Numbered from the stretch's first letter, positions 47,142 through 57,761 are shown. The stretch: 64,000 nt of DNA from Gemmatimonadaceae bacterium (GCA_051859245.1 JBHYGA010000006.1:64001-128000); one strand, 5' to 3'. Notes: generated from the letters alone by a model not told the origin. Numbers and translations: made by a program.

Positions 47142-48214
47142 ACGCGCGCTCCAAGTCCGAGGCGCGATGCGTCGTACGCACCGCCAAGAATCGATTGCCA
47201 CCAGCTGGCATGCTCGAGATACCACCGCACTGTTTGCTCGAGACCGTGCTCCATTGACGTTCGCGGTGCCCAGCCCAGCTCACGCTCAATGCGCGAGGGG
47301 TCAAGCGCGTAGCGCGTGTCGTGTCCCGGTCGGTCGGTGACAAACGCAATGGCGGAGGCGTGCGATTGTCCATCCGCACGCGGCGACAAACGATCCAGTG
47401 CAACGCACAGCGAGTCAACAACACTGCGATTTGACCGAACTTCACGCGCGCCCACAACGTACGTGCGGCCAACCGCTCCTGCTGCAGCGATCCGACACAA
47501 CGCGTTCGCGTGATCTTCAACGAAGATCCAGTCGCGTTGCTGCAATCCGTTACCATAGATCGGCAGAGAATCGCCGCGAAGCGCGCGCACCATCAGATGC
47601 GGAACCAGCTTCTCGGGAAACTGCCAGGGGCCGTAGTTGTTGCCACAGTTCGAGATCAGCGTGGGCAAGCCGTAGGTGGCGTGCCACGCCCGCACCAGAT
47701 GATCCGACGCTGCTTTGCTGGCCGCATACGGCGACGACGGCGCGTAGGGTGTTGCTTCAGTGAAAAACTCGTCTGGTGCAGCGCAGCCGAACACTTCATC
47801 AGTTGAGCAATGCACGAACCTGAAGGTGTGCGCGTGCGGTTCCGGCCTTCCGCGCCAGTACCGCGTGCAGGCGTCGAGCAGTACCTGTGTGCCGACCACA
47901 TTCGTTTCGATAAACGGACGCGCCGAGTCAATCGAGCGATCCACGTGCGTTTCAGCCGCGAGATGAAATACGACCGTTGGTTGATGCGTTGCGAGCGTAT
48001 GCGCTACCATATCGGAATCGCAGATATCACCCACGACCAGTTCATGGCGCGTGTCGTGCGGCCACCCCTCGCGCGCCAGAGGATTAGCCGCGTACGTGAG
48101 TTTGTCGAACGACACGACGCGGTCGTATTGCTCGGCCAGCAGCGCGCGTACAAGTGCGCCGCCAATGAAGCCCGCTCCACCAGTGACCAATGCCACGCAG
48201 GGCGCATTAGTCAT
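47138..48214 (-). CDS. rmlB: dTDP-glucose 4,6-dehydratase
   Basis: VTGGAGFIG, DKLTYA, AAETHVDRSI, STDEV, YAASKA, DRPGHD. Confidence 0.96.
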   Translation of the reverse strand: MTNAPCVALVTGGAGFIGGALVRALLAEQYDRVVSFDKLTYAANPLAREGWPHDTRHELVVGDICDSDMVAHTLATHQPTVVFHLAAETHVDRSIDSARPFIETNVVGTQVLLDACTRYWRGRPEPHAHTFRFVHCSTDEVFGCAAPDEFFTEATPYAPSSPYAASKAASDHLVRAWHATYGLPTLISNCGNNYGPWQFPEKLVPHLMVRALRGDSLPIYGNGLQQRDWIFVEDHANALCRIAAAGAVGRTYVVGAREVRSNRSVVDSLCVALDRLSPRADGQSHASAIAFVTDRPGHDTRYALDPSRIERELGWAPRTSMEHGLEQTVRWYLEHASWWQSILGGAYDASRLGLGARV

Positions 48215-49422
48215 GCTGCCACCTTGCTGAGCGCGAGTTGTTGCATGAGCTCCGCGAATACTGGTGCACGTTTGTGCCATCCGAGTGGCGCAACGTGCCG
48301 AGCCGCAGCCACACCACGACGCCGTGCGTCGGCGGTATCGCTGTATGCCAGCTCCAGTGCGTCCACGATTTCATCAACGTCTGCTGAGCCCCATCCATCA
48401 GTGCCACGCACGCCAGCATCCGCTGCGTTTACGGGGGACAACGAGGTAAGCGGATAGGCAAATGCTGGCTGCGCAAGTTCCTTGTGCGCCGTGTTGTGCG
48501 ATACGATGCAGGGTACACCGCTAGCCATGCACTCCAGCATGGCCGTTGACGGCGTTGCTTCCGCGCGATTGGGGAACAACCCCACATGCGCCTCGCGAAC
48601 GATGTCTGGCAATAAACCGTTGCTCACAAGGCCAACGTCCACCACGCTGTCGGCTGGAATGCCAAACTGTGAGAGCCACGGCGCAATCTGGAGCTGCCCT
48701 CCAACAAACGGTGGAAGCCCGAGCGAAGGCGTGGTTCCTGGAAAGGTGGAAAGCTGTTCGGGCCACGGATGTTGCCACGCGCAAACGAGCAACGCATCAG
48801 GATGACGCTGTCGAAACGCGCGCACTGCGTTGATGACCAGATCCTGCCCCTTTCGATAGTCCAATCGCCCTGCAGAGTAGATCACGAAACGACCGGCGAA
48901 CACGTTGCGCCGCGCGCCGGGATGGAAACGACGTGAATCCAGACCAGTGGCGAACTGCTGAACGTTTGTGAGCCCTGCTGACTGCAGCAGCTCGGTTTGC
49001 CACGGCGATGCCGCGAGCAGCGTCGATTCACGCTTGCCACGTTCCAGCGTTGCCGCGTCGATCACGGTGTCGGTAAGCGATGCAAAACCGACTGATCGGG
49101 CGAAGTCCCGATCCAGTGGATTGGGCAGCGCACGCAGCTCGTCGCCCAGAGTACGCACCAGGGTTGCCGGAACACGAAGCGACGTTGGCGTACGCAGTAA
49201 CCGATCCAATGCCACGGCACCATGCTGCATGAACTCGCGCAGTTTGGTAATCTCCGCGTCGCTGCAAAACTGAACCCATGAACTCGCCGCGAGCTTGGGT
49301 ACAACCTGTAGCTGCGAAGATTCGTGAAGCTGCAGTGACAGATGCAGCGAGCGCAACTCGGCGCTGGAGATCGTGCCCGCCGGGCAGTCAAGCATGATTT
49401 GCGGAACGGTCCTGGTTGTCAT
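48211..49422 (-). CDS. Glycosyltransferase family 4
   Basis: GRLDYRKGQD; FPNRAE...ECMASGVP (E-x-E motif). Confidence 0.85.
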   Translation of the reverse strand: MTTRTVPQIMLDCPAGTISSAELRSLHLSLQLHESSQLQVVPKLAASSWVQFCSDAEITKLREFMQHGAVALDRLLRTPTSLRVPATLVRTLGDELRALPNPLDRDFARSVGFASLTDTVIDAATLERGKRESTLLAASPWQTELLQSAGLTNVQQFATGLDSRRFHPGARRNVFAGRFVIYSAGRLDYRKGQDLVINAVRAFRQRHPDALLVCAWQHPWPEQLSTFPGTTPSLGLPPFVGGQLQIAPWLSQFGIPADSVVDVGLVSNGLLPDIVREAHVGLFPNRAEATPSTAMLECMASGVPCIVSHNTAHKELAQPAFAYPLTSLSPVNAADAGVRGTDGWGSADVDEIVDALELAYSDTADARRRGVAAARHVAPLGWHKRAPVFAELMQQLALSKVAA

Positions 49423-50642
49423 GCCGCGATTCCCCGTGAACGTCGTGCCTGCGAGGCGAGCACCGCCTGTTCCACTATTGACAACCACTGCCGGCCTTCG
49501 TGCTCCCACGTGAATCGTGCGCTGACTTCGGCGGCGCGAGCACGGTAGGCATCAAGAGGTTGGCTCATAAATGCCTCAATCGCCAGCGCGAAGTCGCGCG
49601 GTGTGGCCAGATGCGCGTTTACGCCAACGCCGAGATCACCCACAAAACGACGAAGCTCAGGACCGTGGGACGCGAGGATCGGTAAACCAGCAGCCAGAAA
49701 CTCGTACAACTTGTTCGGCGACACCAACCACGTGTTCAGGTCAGAGTGCGGATACGGAATGATGCCGGCGTCTGCACCAACCGTCCAGCTGAGCAGTTCA
49801 GCGGCCGATTTCTCCGGCACGAAATGCACGCGAGTGCCGAGCAGTCCACGTTCGCGGGCGCGCTCCTTGAGCGCTTCGCCAACCGCTGAACTTTTGCCCA
49901 TGAACGCGAGGATCACATCTGGCGATTGCACCAGCGCCATGCCGTCAACGAGCTCTTCGAGGTTCCGGCTTGCAGCAAGGTTTCCCTGATACAGCAGCAC
50001 ACGCTGATGCGGTTGCGCACCGAGAAAGGCGCGCATGGGGCTGTCTTCGGCGCGCAGCACAGCGCTGTGTCGTCGGCTGGGACAGTTCAGGACCGTGTGC
50101 GGACGCGGACAGGCATAGCGCATGGCCATCAGGTCGGCGATGCTGTCGTTCACCGTAACGAGCGCGTCTGCGTACGGCACCAACGCCCGCTCCATGGATT
50201 CGAGCGTTGATTCCTGCGATTTCGTGAACGGCTGCGACGGGTAGTACTCGTGCGCGTCGTAGATGAGCGCGGCGTTGTGATGCTGCGCGGCAATGATGCC
50301 GGCTGCGAGCTGCGGCAAGTCGTTCGCGATCACAACTTCGGCGCGAAACGCAAGTGCAGCACTGAGCACACGTCTATGCCAGGCAAAGTGTTTGCCGGCC
50401 GCAATGACCGCGGCGTCGCCGTGATCAGTAGTTGGACCGGCCGGCACGTGCGGGCCCGTCACCCTGAAGATTGGCACATCCGGATAACTCGCTTCATCGG
50501 CCAGATCATCTGGCGCCGGACCGGCAATCACGAGTGTAGGCCAACCCGCTTCCGTCAGCAATCGTGCGCCGTCGAGAATACGACGATCAACCCGATCGTC
50601 GATGCAGAGCGTTACGATGCGATACTGCGCGCGGAGATCCAT
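49419..50642 (-). CDS. Glycosyltransferase family 4
   Basis: DRRI, IYDAHE, LYQG, SPNKLYEFLAAGLP. Confidence 0.88.
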   Translation of the reverse strand: MDLRAQYRIVTLCIDDRVDRRILDGARLLTEAGWPTLVIAGPAPDDLADEASYPDVPIFRVTGPHVPAGPTTDHGDAAVIAAGKHFAWHRRVLSAALAFRAEVVIANDLPQLAAGIIAAQHHNAALIYDAHEYYPSQPFTKSQESTLESMERALVPYADALVTVNDSIADLMAMRYACPRPHTVLNCPSRRHSAVLRAEDSPMRAFLGAQPHQRVLLYQGNLAASRNLEELVDGMALVQSPDVILAFMGKSSAVGEALKERARERGLLGTRVHFVPEKSAAELLSWTVGADAGIIPYPHSDLNTWLVSPNKLYEFLAAGLPILASHGPELRRFVGDLGVGVNAHLATPRDFALAIEAFMSQPLDAYRARAAEVSARFTWEHEGRQWLSIVEQAVLASQARRSRGIAA

Positions 50643-50669
50643 GATGTGAAGCGGACGGAATATCGGGTG

Positions 50670-52571
50670 TCAGGCTGCGATCGCTGAGGACTCAGCATCA
50701 CGAAAGCGTCGGAGCCACCATTCAAAGCACAGGAACGACCAGATCACCAGACGATGATTCACGCGGCCCGACACGTGTTCATCGAGCAACGTGTGCACAA
50801 CCGAGGGTTCGATGAACTCGTACAGGCGGGCGTCGCGGCGTGAGAGCAGTGTGCGGATGTAGTCAATGCTTTGTCCGCGAAACCAACTCCCGTCAGGTGC
50901 TGAGAACCCCTGCTTCTTGCCGTTCGCATACGATGCGGGCACGTAGCGCGACAACGCTTTGCGCAGAATCAGCTTGCCGTCGCCCGTTTCGTTGAAATAC
51001 TTGTCCGCCTTCGCGCCGGGCGTGTTCTCGTCAAAGCGTACGATGCGATCCACATGCTTGAGCTTGTACTTGACTGGTACGCGCATCGCAAAGTCCACCA
51101 GATCGTTGTCAAGGAACGGGACACGCGTTTCCAGGCCGTGCGCCATAGACAGCTTGTCTTCGACCAGCAGCAATCCGGGAAGAAACGTGGAGAGCTCGAA
51201 GTACAACGAGTGGTTCACGTAGTCATCGGGCGACATCGCAAGAAACGAGCGCCGGCGCAGCACATCGCGAAAGGCTCGTTCAGGAGCTTCGTGATCCATC
51301 TGTGACGCGACAGATCCGCGAAAGAATCCGCTGCGGTGCTGATCCGGAATGAGGCGCTGCCAGTATTCGTAATACTTGGCGAGATATTGTGCCGCGTCAT
51401 CATTCTTGACGGCGCGATAGTAACGCCACGGATAGCCAGCAAAAATTTCGTCACCGCCGGTGCCTGCAAGCACCACCTTCACAAAACGTGAGGCGAGTCG
51501 CGACACATAGTAGTTCGGATAACTCTGCCCCACGCGCAGGTCTTCCAGGTGCCACACCAGCTCCGGCAGCACCCGTTCCATGTCGCCGGCCTTGAGCACG
51601 ACCTGATAGTGCTCCGTTTTGTACGCGTTCGACAGCATCTCGGCTTTCGCACGCTCGTCAAACCCGAGCTCCAGTCCCGACGCAGACGACAAATCAAAAC
51701 CGGCGGTGAAGCTTTTCACGTTCGGAAACCGACGCGCGGTCACGCAGGTAATCGCGCCTGAATCAATGCCCCCGCTCAGATACGTGCCCACTTCGACATC
51801 GGCGTCCATTTGCCGATTCACGGCCGCCTGAAACAGACGATCGAGTTCTTCCACGTACTCCGCCTCGCTCACACCCTGTTCCTGTCGGAACTCATAGTCC
51901 CACCACCGACGCACGGAGAACGTGTCGGGGCGACCCATGGTCAGCGTGATCGCGTGCGCACGCGGCAGCAGCTTCACGCCAGCAAAGAGCGTCTGGTCGG
52001 AGAAGACGTTCTGAAACGTGAAGTACTCGCCGAGTGCGGCGGCATTCACCCGAACCGACATGGTCGGATGTTGCAGCAGCGATTTGATCTCGGAGCCAAA
52101 CAACAGCGTGTCGCCGTCCCAGGAGTAGTAGAGCGGCTTCACGCCAAACCGGTCGCGCGCGAGCAGCACGCGCGACTCACGGGAGTCCCAGAGCGCAAAG
52201 GCGAACATTCCGTTGAACTTCTCAAGACATTTCACGCCCCACGCGCGATAGGCCTCAATCAGTACCTCGGTGTCGCTCTGCGTTCGAAAAGTTGACCCCA
52301 ACTTTTCGAGTTGCTGCCGGAGCTCCCGCCAGTTGTAAATCTCACCGTTGAAGGTGACGACGATGGTCCCGTCGGCCGATCGCATGGGCTGGTGGCCGGC
52401 GGGCGACAGGTCAACAATGGCCAATCGACGATGCCCAAAACCCACGCCAGCGTGCGACCACTGGCCCTCACCATCGGGTCCGCGGTGCCGCACGATATCG
52501 GTCATGGCGCGCAGCACGCCCGGCTGAACCGGGGCGCCGAACACCTGAACGACTCCGGCTATTCCGCACAT
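50670..52571 (-). CDS. asnB: AsnB-type glutamine amidotransferase (asparagine synthase family), probably sugar-modifying
   Basis: MCGIAG N-terminal Cys, HRGPDG, GHRRLAI, NGEIYN, LSGGIDS, GGDE, ETRVPFLD. Confidence 0.92.
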   Translation of the reverse strand: MCGIAGVVQVFGAPVQPGVLRAMTDIVRHRGPDGEGQWSHAGVGFGHRRLAIVDLSPAGHQPMRSADGTIVVTFNGEIYNWRELRQQLEKLGSTFRTQSDTEVLIEAYRAWGVKCLEKFNGMFAFALWDSRESRVLLARDRFGVKPLYYSWDGDTLLFGSEIKSLLQHPTMSVRVNAAALGEYFTFQNVFSDQTLFAGVKLLPRAHAITLTMGRPDTFSVRRWWDYEFRQEQGVSEAEYVEELDRLFQAAVNRQMDADVEVGTYLSGGIDSGAITCVTARRFPNVKSFTAGFDLSSASGLELGFDERAKAEMLSNAYKTEHYQVVLKAGDMERVLPELVWHLEDLRVGQSYPNYYVSRLASRFVKVVLAGTGGDEIFAGYPWRYYRAVKNDDAAQYLAKYYEYWQRLIPDQHRSGFFRGSVASQMDHEAPERAFRDVLRRRSFLAMSPDDYVNHSLYFELSTFLPGLLLVEDKLSMAHGLETRVPFLDNDLVDFAMRVPVKYKLKHVDRIVRFDENTPGAKADKYFNETGDGKLILRKALSRYVPASYANGKKQGFSAPDGSWFRGQSIDYIRTLLSRRDARLYEFIEPSVVHTLLDEHVSGRVNHRLVIWSFLCFEWWLRRFRDAESSAIAA

Positions 52572-52661
52572 GGAAGATCTGTGGTGACGCGAGCAGGCAT
52601 GCGACTGGCAGAAGGTGGACAACGCGGGCAGTTCTGGCCGCCCGTCACGGATCACTCTACA

Positions 52662-52677
52662 AGCACAAACTGTGCCG
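52662..52677 (-). promoter_or_regulatory. sigma54 promoter for the leftward glycosylation operon
   Basis: Minus strand reads CGGCACAGTTTGTGCT (GG-N10-GC). Confidence 0.7.
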
Positions 52678-52730
52678 TTTGCAAGTTGATGTTATGCAAT
52701 GACTTATCGAACAAGTCGCGCAGCGGTATT

Positions 52731-52828
52731 CGGCAATACTTGCCGGTTCTAGCGATTTTACAGGCAGAGATCGGCTGGGGAGCTTAACGCGCGGTACAGT
52801 GCTTTCTTGATCGGCAATAGTTGCCGAT
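52731..52828. promoter_or_regulatory. Two perfect CGGCA-N5-TGCCG sites in the divergent intergenic region
   Basis: CGGCAATACTTGCCG (52731-52745) and ATCGGCAATAGTTGCCGAT (52810-52828); a half site at 52843. Confidence 0.75.
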
Positions 52829-52911
52829 GCTGCCCGCAGGATCGGCAAGAGCGTCGCAGGGCGCTCTCGTGTAAAATCATTTAAATCTTTGCTATTGAAC
52901 GACTTGGGCTT

Positions 52912-52927
52912 TGGCACGAATCGTGTA
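52912..52927 (+). promoter_or_regulatory. Possible sigma54 promoter with non-canonical -12 for the rightward operon
   Basis: TGGCACGAATCGTGTA: consensus -24 element, GT in place of GC at -12. Confidence 0.45.
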
Positions 52928-52974
52928 TTTATGAGTCGCGTTCGCGTGACGCATTCACCGCTTCGCACCTAGCC

Positions 52975-54852
52975 ATGACAAGTTCTGCCGCCTCAACCTC
53001 CGCGCCTGATCGCATTGACAGCGTCCAACTCACCGCGGACGGCGCGCCGCGTTTTGTTGTGCCGGCCCGTCCAGACCACCCGGATTGGGCGCAGGCCGCC
53101 GAGCTCGAGCCCGCGGGCGGCGTGGCGGCGGAAGTGCGCGTGTTCCTTGACGAGCAGATCAGCACCGGTGATCTGGTCATCGACCTCGCACCCGGACTTG
53201 GCTTCGTGGCGCTCAGCGCGGCCACCGCGCCGAACGGTGTGGCCACGGTCTTTGTGGCCGGCCTCGAAGAGTCGGACCTGACCGCGATGCAGGATGCAGC
53301 CGCGGACGCTGGGGCCTGGGTGGAGGGCATGTCGAGCGAGCCGTGGGAAGAAATCGCCGACGCCCTGGCCTCGCGGCTGGAGCCGGATGGTGGTGTGTTT
53401 GTGCATGCCGCGGCCTCGGATGTGGTGCTCGTATGCGATCGACTCAGCGCGCTCTGTGCGTCGGGCCGCCTGCTGGCGCTGTGCGTGAGTGATGTGATCG
53501 ATGATGCGCAGTGGCCCGCGCTTCAGGCCGCGCTGCAAAGCGCCAAACTTTCCGCCTGCCAGTTGGCGGAGCAGGATGGGGCCGTCGTGCTCGTTCCGGT
53601 GCATCACGCGCCCGCGTCGGCGCTGATCGCGGTGCCGGCCAACCTGTTTGAGGCGGCGCCAATTCATGATGATGTCAGCGCCGCGCCCAGCAACTATGAA
53701 GACGCGATCTTTTCTGTGCTGCCTGAAGCCGAGACCGGTCGCACGGCACTGCACGAGTCATGGGATGCCCTGCGCGACGGACTGGCACTGAGCGCGCCGC
53801 ACTCGCGAACCGGATACGGCGTGACGGGTGCACACCTGCTGCGCGCACTGCAAGCCCAAGGTGTTCCCGTCGCGTTCTTTCCGATGGGCGCGGTGGATCG
53901 TTCCATTACACACAACGCCGCACTTGATCAGGCGTTGCAGGCGCCCGCGGCGTTTCGTGCGGATGTGCCGAGTGTGCGCCTGGCACAGGCGTTTGATCTC
54001 GCACAGCACGCGGGGCGCGGACCACGCGTTGGCTTCACGATTTTTGAGACGGACGCATTCAGCGACAGCGAAATGCAGCATCTGCGTATGCAGGACGCCG
54101 TGATTGTCTGTACGCCGTGGGCGCGCGACGTGTGCTACGCAAACGGACTTGCTGATCGTCCGGTGTTTGTCGTGCCATTGGGTGTCGATCGCGACATCTA
54201 CAATGAACATGTGCAGCCAGTGCGCACGTGGCCGGAGACGGTCTTCCTGCAAGTGGGCAAGTTGGAGACACGCAAGGGCCAGCTGGAATTACTGCGTGCT
54301 TTTGAAGCGGCATTCACGCCGAGCGATGCTGTTCGTCTGGTGCTCGCCTGTCACAATCCATTTGTCAAAAAGGACGCGTTCGAGGCCGAACTCGCACCGT
54401 TCCGGACCTCGCCGATGGCGGCGCGCATCACGATTCTCGGCAGTGAGCTTGCGACGTCACGCGATGTGGCGGCGCTGATGGCGGCCGCTGATTGCGGCGT
54501 GTTCCCCGCGCGTGCCGAAGGATGGAATCTTGAAGCGCTCGAGATGCTGAGCATGGGCAAACCGGTCATTGCCACGGCAGCGACTGCGCACACCGCATTC
54601 ATGACTGAACACAATGCGCGTCTGATCACAATGAATGCAATGGAGCCCGCGCTTGGTGGTCGCATTGCGGGCCGCTGGCCGGCGTGGGGCGCGGCGCAGC
54701 ACGAACAGTTGGTGGAGCGACTGCGCGACGTGCATCGCGAACGTACGAGTGGATCGTTGCAGCGAAACAACGCAGGCATCGCCACGGCACAGGCGCACAG
54801 CTGGGATGCGAGTGCGTCCGCGCTGCTATCCGCGCTTTCTCACATCGCGTAA
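52975..54852 (+). CDS. Glycosyltransferase family 4 with degenerate methyltransferase-like N-terminal domain
   Basis: N-terminal GDLVIDLAPGLGFVAL; C-terminal RTGYG, GKLETRKG, FPARAEGWNLEALEMLSMGKP. Confidence 0.8.
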   Translation: MTSSAASTSAPDRIDSVQLTADGAPRFVVPARPDHPDWAQAAELEPAGGVAAEVRVFLDEQISTGDLVIDLAPGLGFVALSAATAPNGVATVFVAGLEESDLTAMQDAAADAGAWVEGMSSEPWEEIADALASRLEPDGGVFVHAAASDVVLVCDRLSALCASGRLLALCVSDVIDDAQWPALQAALQSAKLSACQLAEQDGAVVLVPVHHAPASALIAVPANLFEAAPIHDDVSAAPSNYEDAIFSVLPEAETGRTALHESWDALRDGLALSAPHSRTGYGVTGAHLLRALQAQGVPVAFFPMGAVDRSITHNAALDQALQAPAAFRADVPSVRLAQAFDLAQHAGRGPRVGFTIFETDAFSDSEMQHLRMQDAVIVCTPWARDVCYANGLADRPVFVVPLGVDRDIYNEHVQPVRTWPETVFLQVGKLETRKGQLELLRAFEAAFTPSDAVRLVLACHNPFVKKDAFEAELAPFRTSPMAARITILGSELATSRDVAALMAAADCGVFPARAEGWNLEALEMLSMGKPVIATAATAHTAFMTEHNARLITMNAMEPALGGRIAGRWPAWGAAQHEQLVERLRDVHRERTSGSLQRNNAGIATAQAHSWDASASALLSALSHIA

Positions 54853-54862
54853 CCTGCACGGG

Positions 54863-56005
54863 ATGATCGCGGCCGACATGCGATTGTTGACGATTGCCTT
54901 TGCGGGCACGGATCAAGGCGGTGTGCACCGAAAGCTCGGCGAGCAGGTGCGCGAGATTCGTTGCACCGTGCCGCATACACGGTCACTGGTGTTCGCCGAT
55001 ACGCGAGTAGCGGCAGCTTCTGCAGATGCTCCGTATGAGCTGATCGATCTGGCCGGTGGTGGATTTGATCCGGTCAGTCGCGCCCGCGCGTTTCAGATCT
55101 GTCGCGACGCGGTGGCCGAACACAAGCCGGATGTGGTGTATATGCGCTATCCGCTCTACGATGCGCATGTCGAACAGTTTGTGCGTGAAGCGCCGCCCGT
55201 GGTCTTTGAGATTCAAACAAAGTTTGATCTTGAAATGCCGGCCTCAGCCGGTGCAGTAGAACGCGAGTGGGCGACGCGCATTTTGCCGCTCAGTGCGGGT
55301 GTTGTGGCGGTTACGCCCGAGATTCTGGCGTACGAACGAGGCCGAGCCGGTTGGAATATTCCGGGGCACGTGATGTCAAACGGCGCCGATCCCGCAGCGA
55401 TTCCGTTCGCGTTACCAACACTCGCCAGTGATCGTGTTGATCTGTTGTGTGTGGCGTCGTTTTACCTGTGGCACGGCATTGATCGCGTGATCTGCGGAAT
55501 GGCCGCCGAACCTGATGTGCGCGATGTGCATCTCAATCTTGTGGGCGACGGACCTGCGCTCGCGCCGTTGCTCAAGCTGGCGCACGAGCTTGGAGTGGCT
55601 GATCGCGTGCACTCCGCGGGACTCAAATCTGCGAATGAACTTACGCCGTCGTTCGAGCGCGCACATCTGGCGCTCGGTGTGCTTGCACCACAGCGCAAAG
55701 GATTGACGGAGCTCTCGGCGCTCAAACATCGCGAGTATGTACTGCGTGGTGTTCCGTTCGTGACCGCGGGCCGGGACATTGACTTCGCGGGCAACGTGCC
55801 GTGGATGCGCACAGTCGACTCCGACGACTCCCCGATTTCGCCGCGCATGCTGCGCGCGTTCGCCATGTCGTGGACACACGAAAAGCGTCGCCGACAGATT
55901 CGCGCGTGGGGTGAAGCGAATGTGAGCTGGGCCGCCAAGATTCCGCCGCTGCTCGAGTTCCTCTCGGCGCGCCGGCGCGTGGCATCACTCGTAGACGCGG
56001 CCTGA
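54863..56005 (+). CDS. Glycosyltransferase family 4
   Basis: ATG 54863; WHGIDR, LVGDGP, LKHREYVLRGVP. Confidence 0.85.
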   Translation: MIAADMRLLTIAFAGTDQGGVHRKLGEQVREIRCTVPHTRSLVFADTRVAAASADAPYELIDLAGGGFDPVSRARAFQICRDAVAEHKPDVVYMRYPLYDAHVEQFVREAPPVVFEIQTKFDLEMPASAGAVEREWATRILPLSAGVVAVTPEILAYERGRAGWNIPGHVMSNGADPAAIPFALPTLASDRVDLLCVASFYLWHGIDRVICGMAAEPDVRDVHLNLVGDGPALAPLLKLAHELGVADRVHSAGLKSANELTPSFERAHLALGVLAPQRKGLTELSALKHREYVLRGVPFVTAGRDIDFAGNVPWMRTVDSDDSPISPRMLRAFAMSWTHEKRRRQIRAWGEANVSWAAKIPPLLEFLSARRRVASLVDAA

Positions 56006-56012
56006 GACGGAC

Positions 56013-57755
56013 ATGTGCGGAATCACCGGACTTCTTGACTTCACGCGTGGTGCCAACGAGAGCGCGATTGACGCGTTCACCGACGCGCTCGCGCACCGTG
56101 GACCTGATGGTCGCGGTACATGGTGCGCTGGTCCGATCGCCCTCGGGCACAGGCGCCTTGCGATTCTGGATCCGTCGCCGGCAGGTGCGTGTCCTATGGA
56201 GTACCACGCCCCCGATGGACACATCCTGCGTATCACGTTCAACGGTGAGGTCTACAATTTTCTTGAGTTGCGCGCCGAACTGCAGCGCGATGGCTACCCA
56301 TTTCGTACCGACACGGACACGGAAGTTGTCGTGGCCGCGTGGCATCGCTGGGGCGCCGCGTGTCAGACACGATTCAACGGCATGTGGGCGTTTGCTATCT
56401 GGAATGATGTCACGCAGACACTGGTGCTTTCGCGCGATCGATTTGGCGTGAAGCCGCTATATGTGTACGGACAGGGCACGATGATTGCTTTTGCGTCGGA
56501 GATCAAAGCTTTTCTGGCGCTGCCTGGTATCACCCGTCGTTTGAATGCAGAAGCCGCGTCGGCGTTCTTCACGAATCCCAGTGCCTATGATGGAATCAGT
56601 GCCGGCACTGCGCTTGATGGCGTCATGCGAGTGGCACCTGGACATTCGCTTACCATCAGCCCGAAAGGCACAGCCGGATTTGAACGGTGGTGGGACACGT
56701 CCGCGCATCTGCCGGAGGTGCCGACGCGCCATGAAGAGCAGGTCGCCCAGTTTCGCGAACTGTTTCTTGATGCCGTGCGCCTTCGCATGCGAAGCGATGT
56801 GGCGATTGGCACATCGCTGTCCGGTGGTCTCGATTCGAGCGCCGTTGCCTCAGCGATGGCAGAAGTTGCACGCGCCAGTAGCAGCGCCGAACGCACGCGA
56901 TGTGCAAGCGATTGGCAGCGCACATTCATTGCCACGTTTCCTGGTCATCAGGTGGACGAGCGTGTGTTCGCGGAAATGGTGGTGCAGCACACAGGCGCGT
57001 CGCCGCACTACTGGAGCTTTCATCCGGGTGCCGCACTTCGCGATTTGCCGGCCAGTGTGCTCGCGCTCGACGACCTGAGTGCCGCACCGGCGGTTCCGAT
57101 TCTGAATATCTATCGGCTCATGCGGACGCACGGCGTGGTCGTCACTCTCGATGGACACGGCGGCGACGAACTGCTCGCCGGTTATCCGTGGTATCGCGAC
57201 ATTCCGCTGGCGGACGTAAACGCCGCACTGGGCCGCGATTTTCACATCACGCACTTGCCGTCCATTCTGCGCAACTACGACGGTTGTTCGATGGCGAACG
57301 GTGTGGAGGTGCGCTCACCCTTCATGGATTGGCGCTTGGTCACGTTCGCCTCGGCGCTGCCCGCTCAAGCGAAGCTCTCGCCCACGTACACCAAGCAGAT
57401 TCTGCGCGATGCGCTGGTCGGCATCTTGCCTGAAGGCATTCGCACACGCGTAAGCAAGCTGGGCTTCGAATCACCCCTTGTTTCGTGGGCGAACGGAGCG
57501 CTCGGCCCGGTACTGCTCGCCGCGAGCAAGACGGATGCGTGGCGCGAAGCGCCGGCGTCGGCGCAGTCAGCCGCCGTGGCATCCATTGTCGCCGAACGAA
57601 CGCGCAGCCGCAATTTTACCGAGGCTGATCGTGTGGCGGTCGCATTCGCCTACCGCTTGCTGAACTTTGTGCTGTGGAGCGAACACTATCTTGGCGCGGG
57701 TGATCGCATCACCCGAATGCTCGGCGGTGCTGCGCCGTTGGCACGCGCTGGATAA
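56013..57755 (+). CDS. asnB: Second AsnB-type glutamine amidotransferase
   Basis: MCGITG, HRGPDG, GHRRLAI, NGEVYN, LSGGLDSS, GGDELLAGY, EVRSPFMD. Confidence 0.92.
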   Translation: MCGITGLLDFTRGANESAIDAFTDALAHRGPDGRGTWCAGPIALGHRRLAILDPSPAGACPMEYHAPDGHILRITFNGEVYNFLELRAELQRDGYPFRTDTDTEVVVAAWHRWGAACQTRFNGMWAFAIWNDVTQTLVLSRDRFGVKPLYVYGQGTMIAFASEIKAFLALPGITRRLNAEAASAFFTNPSAYDGISAGTALDGVMRVAPGHSLTISPKGTAGFERWWDTSAHLPEVPTRHEEQVAQFRELFLDAVRLRMRSDVAIGTSLSGGLDSSAVASAMAEVARASSSAERTRCASDWQRTFIATFPGHQVDERVFAEMVVQHTGASPHYWSFHPGAALRDLPASVLALDDLSAAPAVPILNIYRLMRTHGVVVTLDGHGGDELLAGYPWYRDIPLADVNAALGRDFHITHLPSILRNYDGCSMANGVEVRSPFMDWRLVTFASALPAQAKLSPTYTKQILRDALVGILPEGIRTRVSKLGFESPLVSWANGALGPVLLAASKTDAWREAPASAQSAAVASIVAERTRSRNFTEADRVAVAFAYRLLNFVLWSEHYLGAGDRITRMLGGAAPLARAG

Positions 57756-57761
57756 CGGTTC

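Noticed and set aside
50670..57755. AsnB genes as lasso-peptide cyclases or housekeeping asparagine synthetase
   Set aside because: Both keep the N-terminal Cys glutaminase domain, and no precursor, B protein or transporter is visible. The glycosyltransferase context favours sugar amidation.
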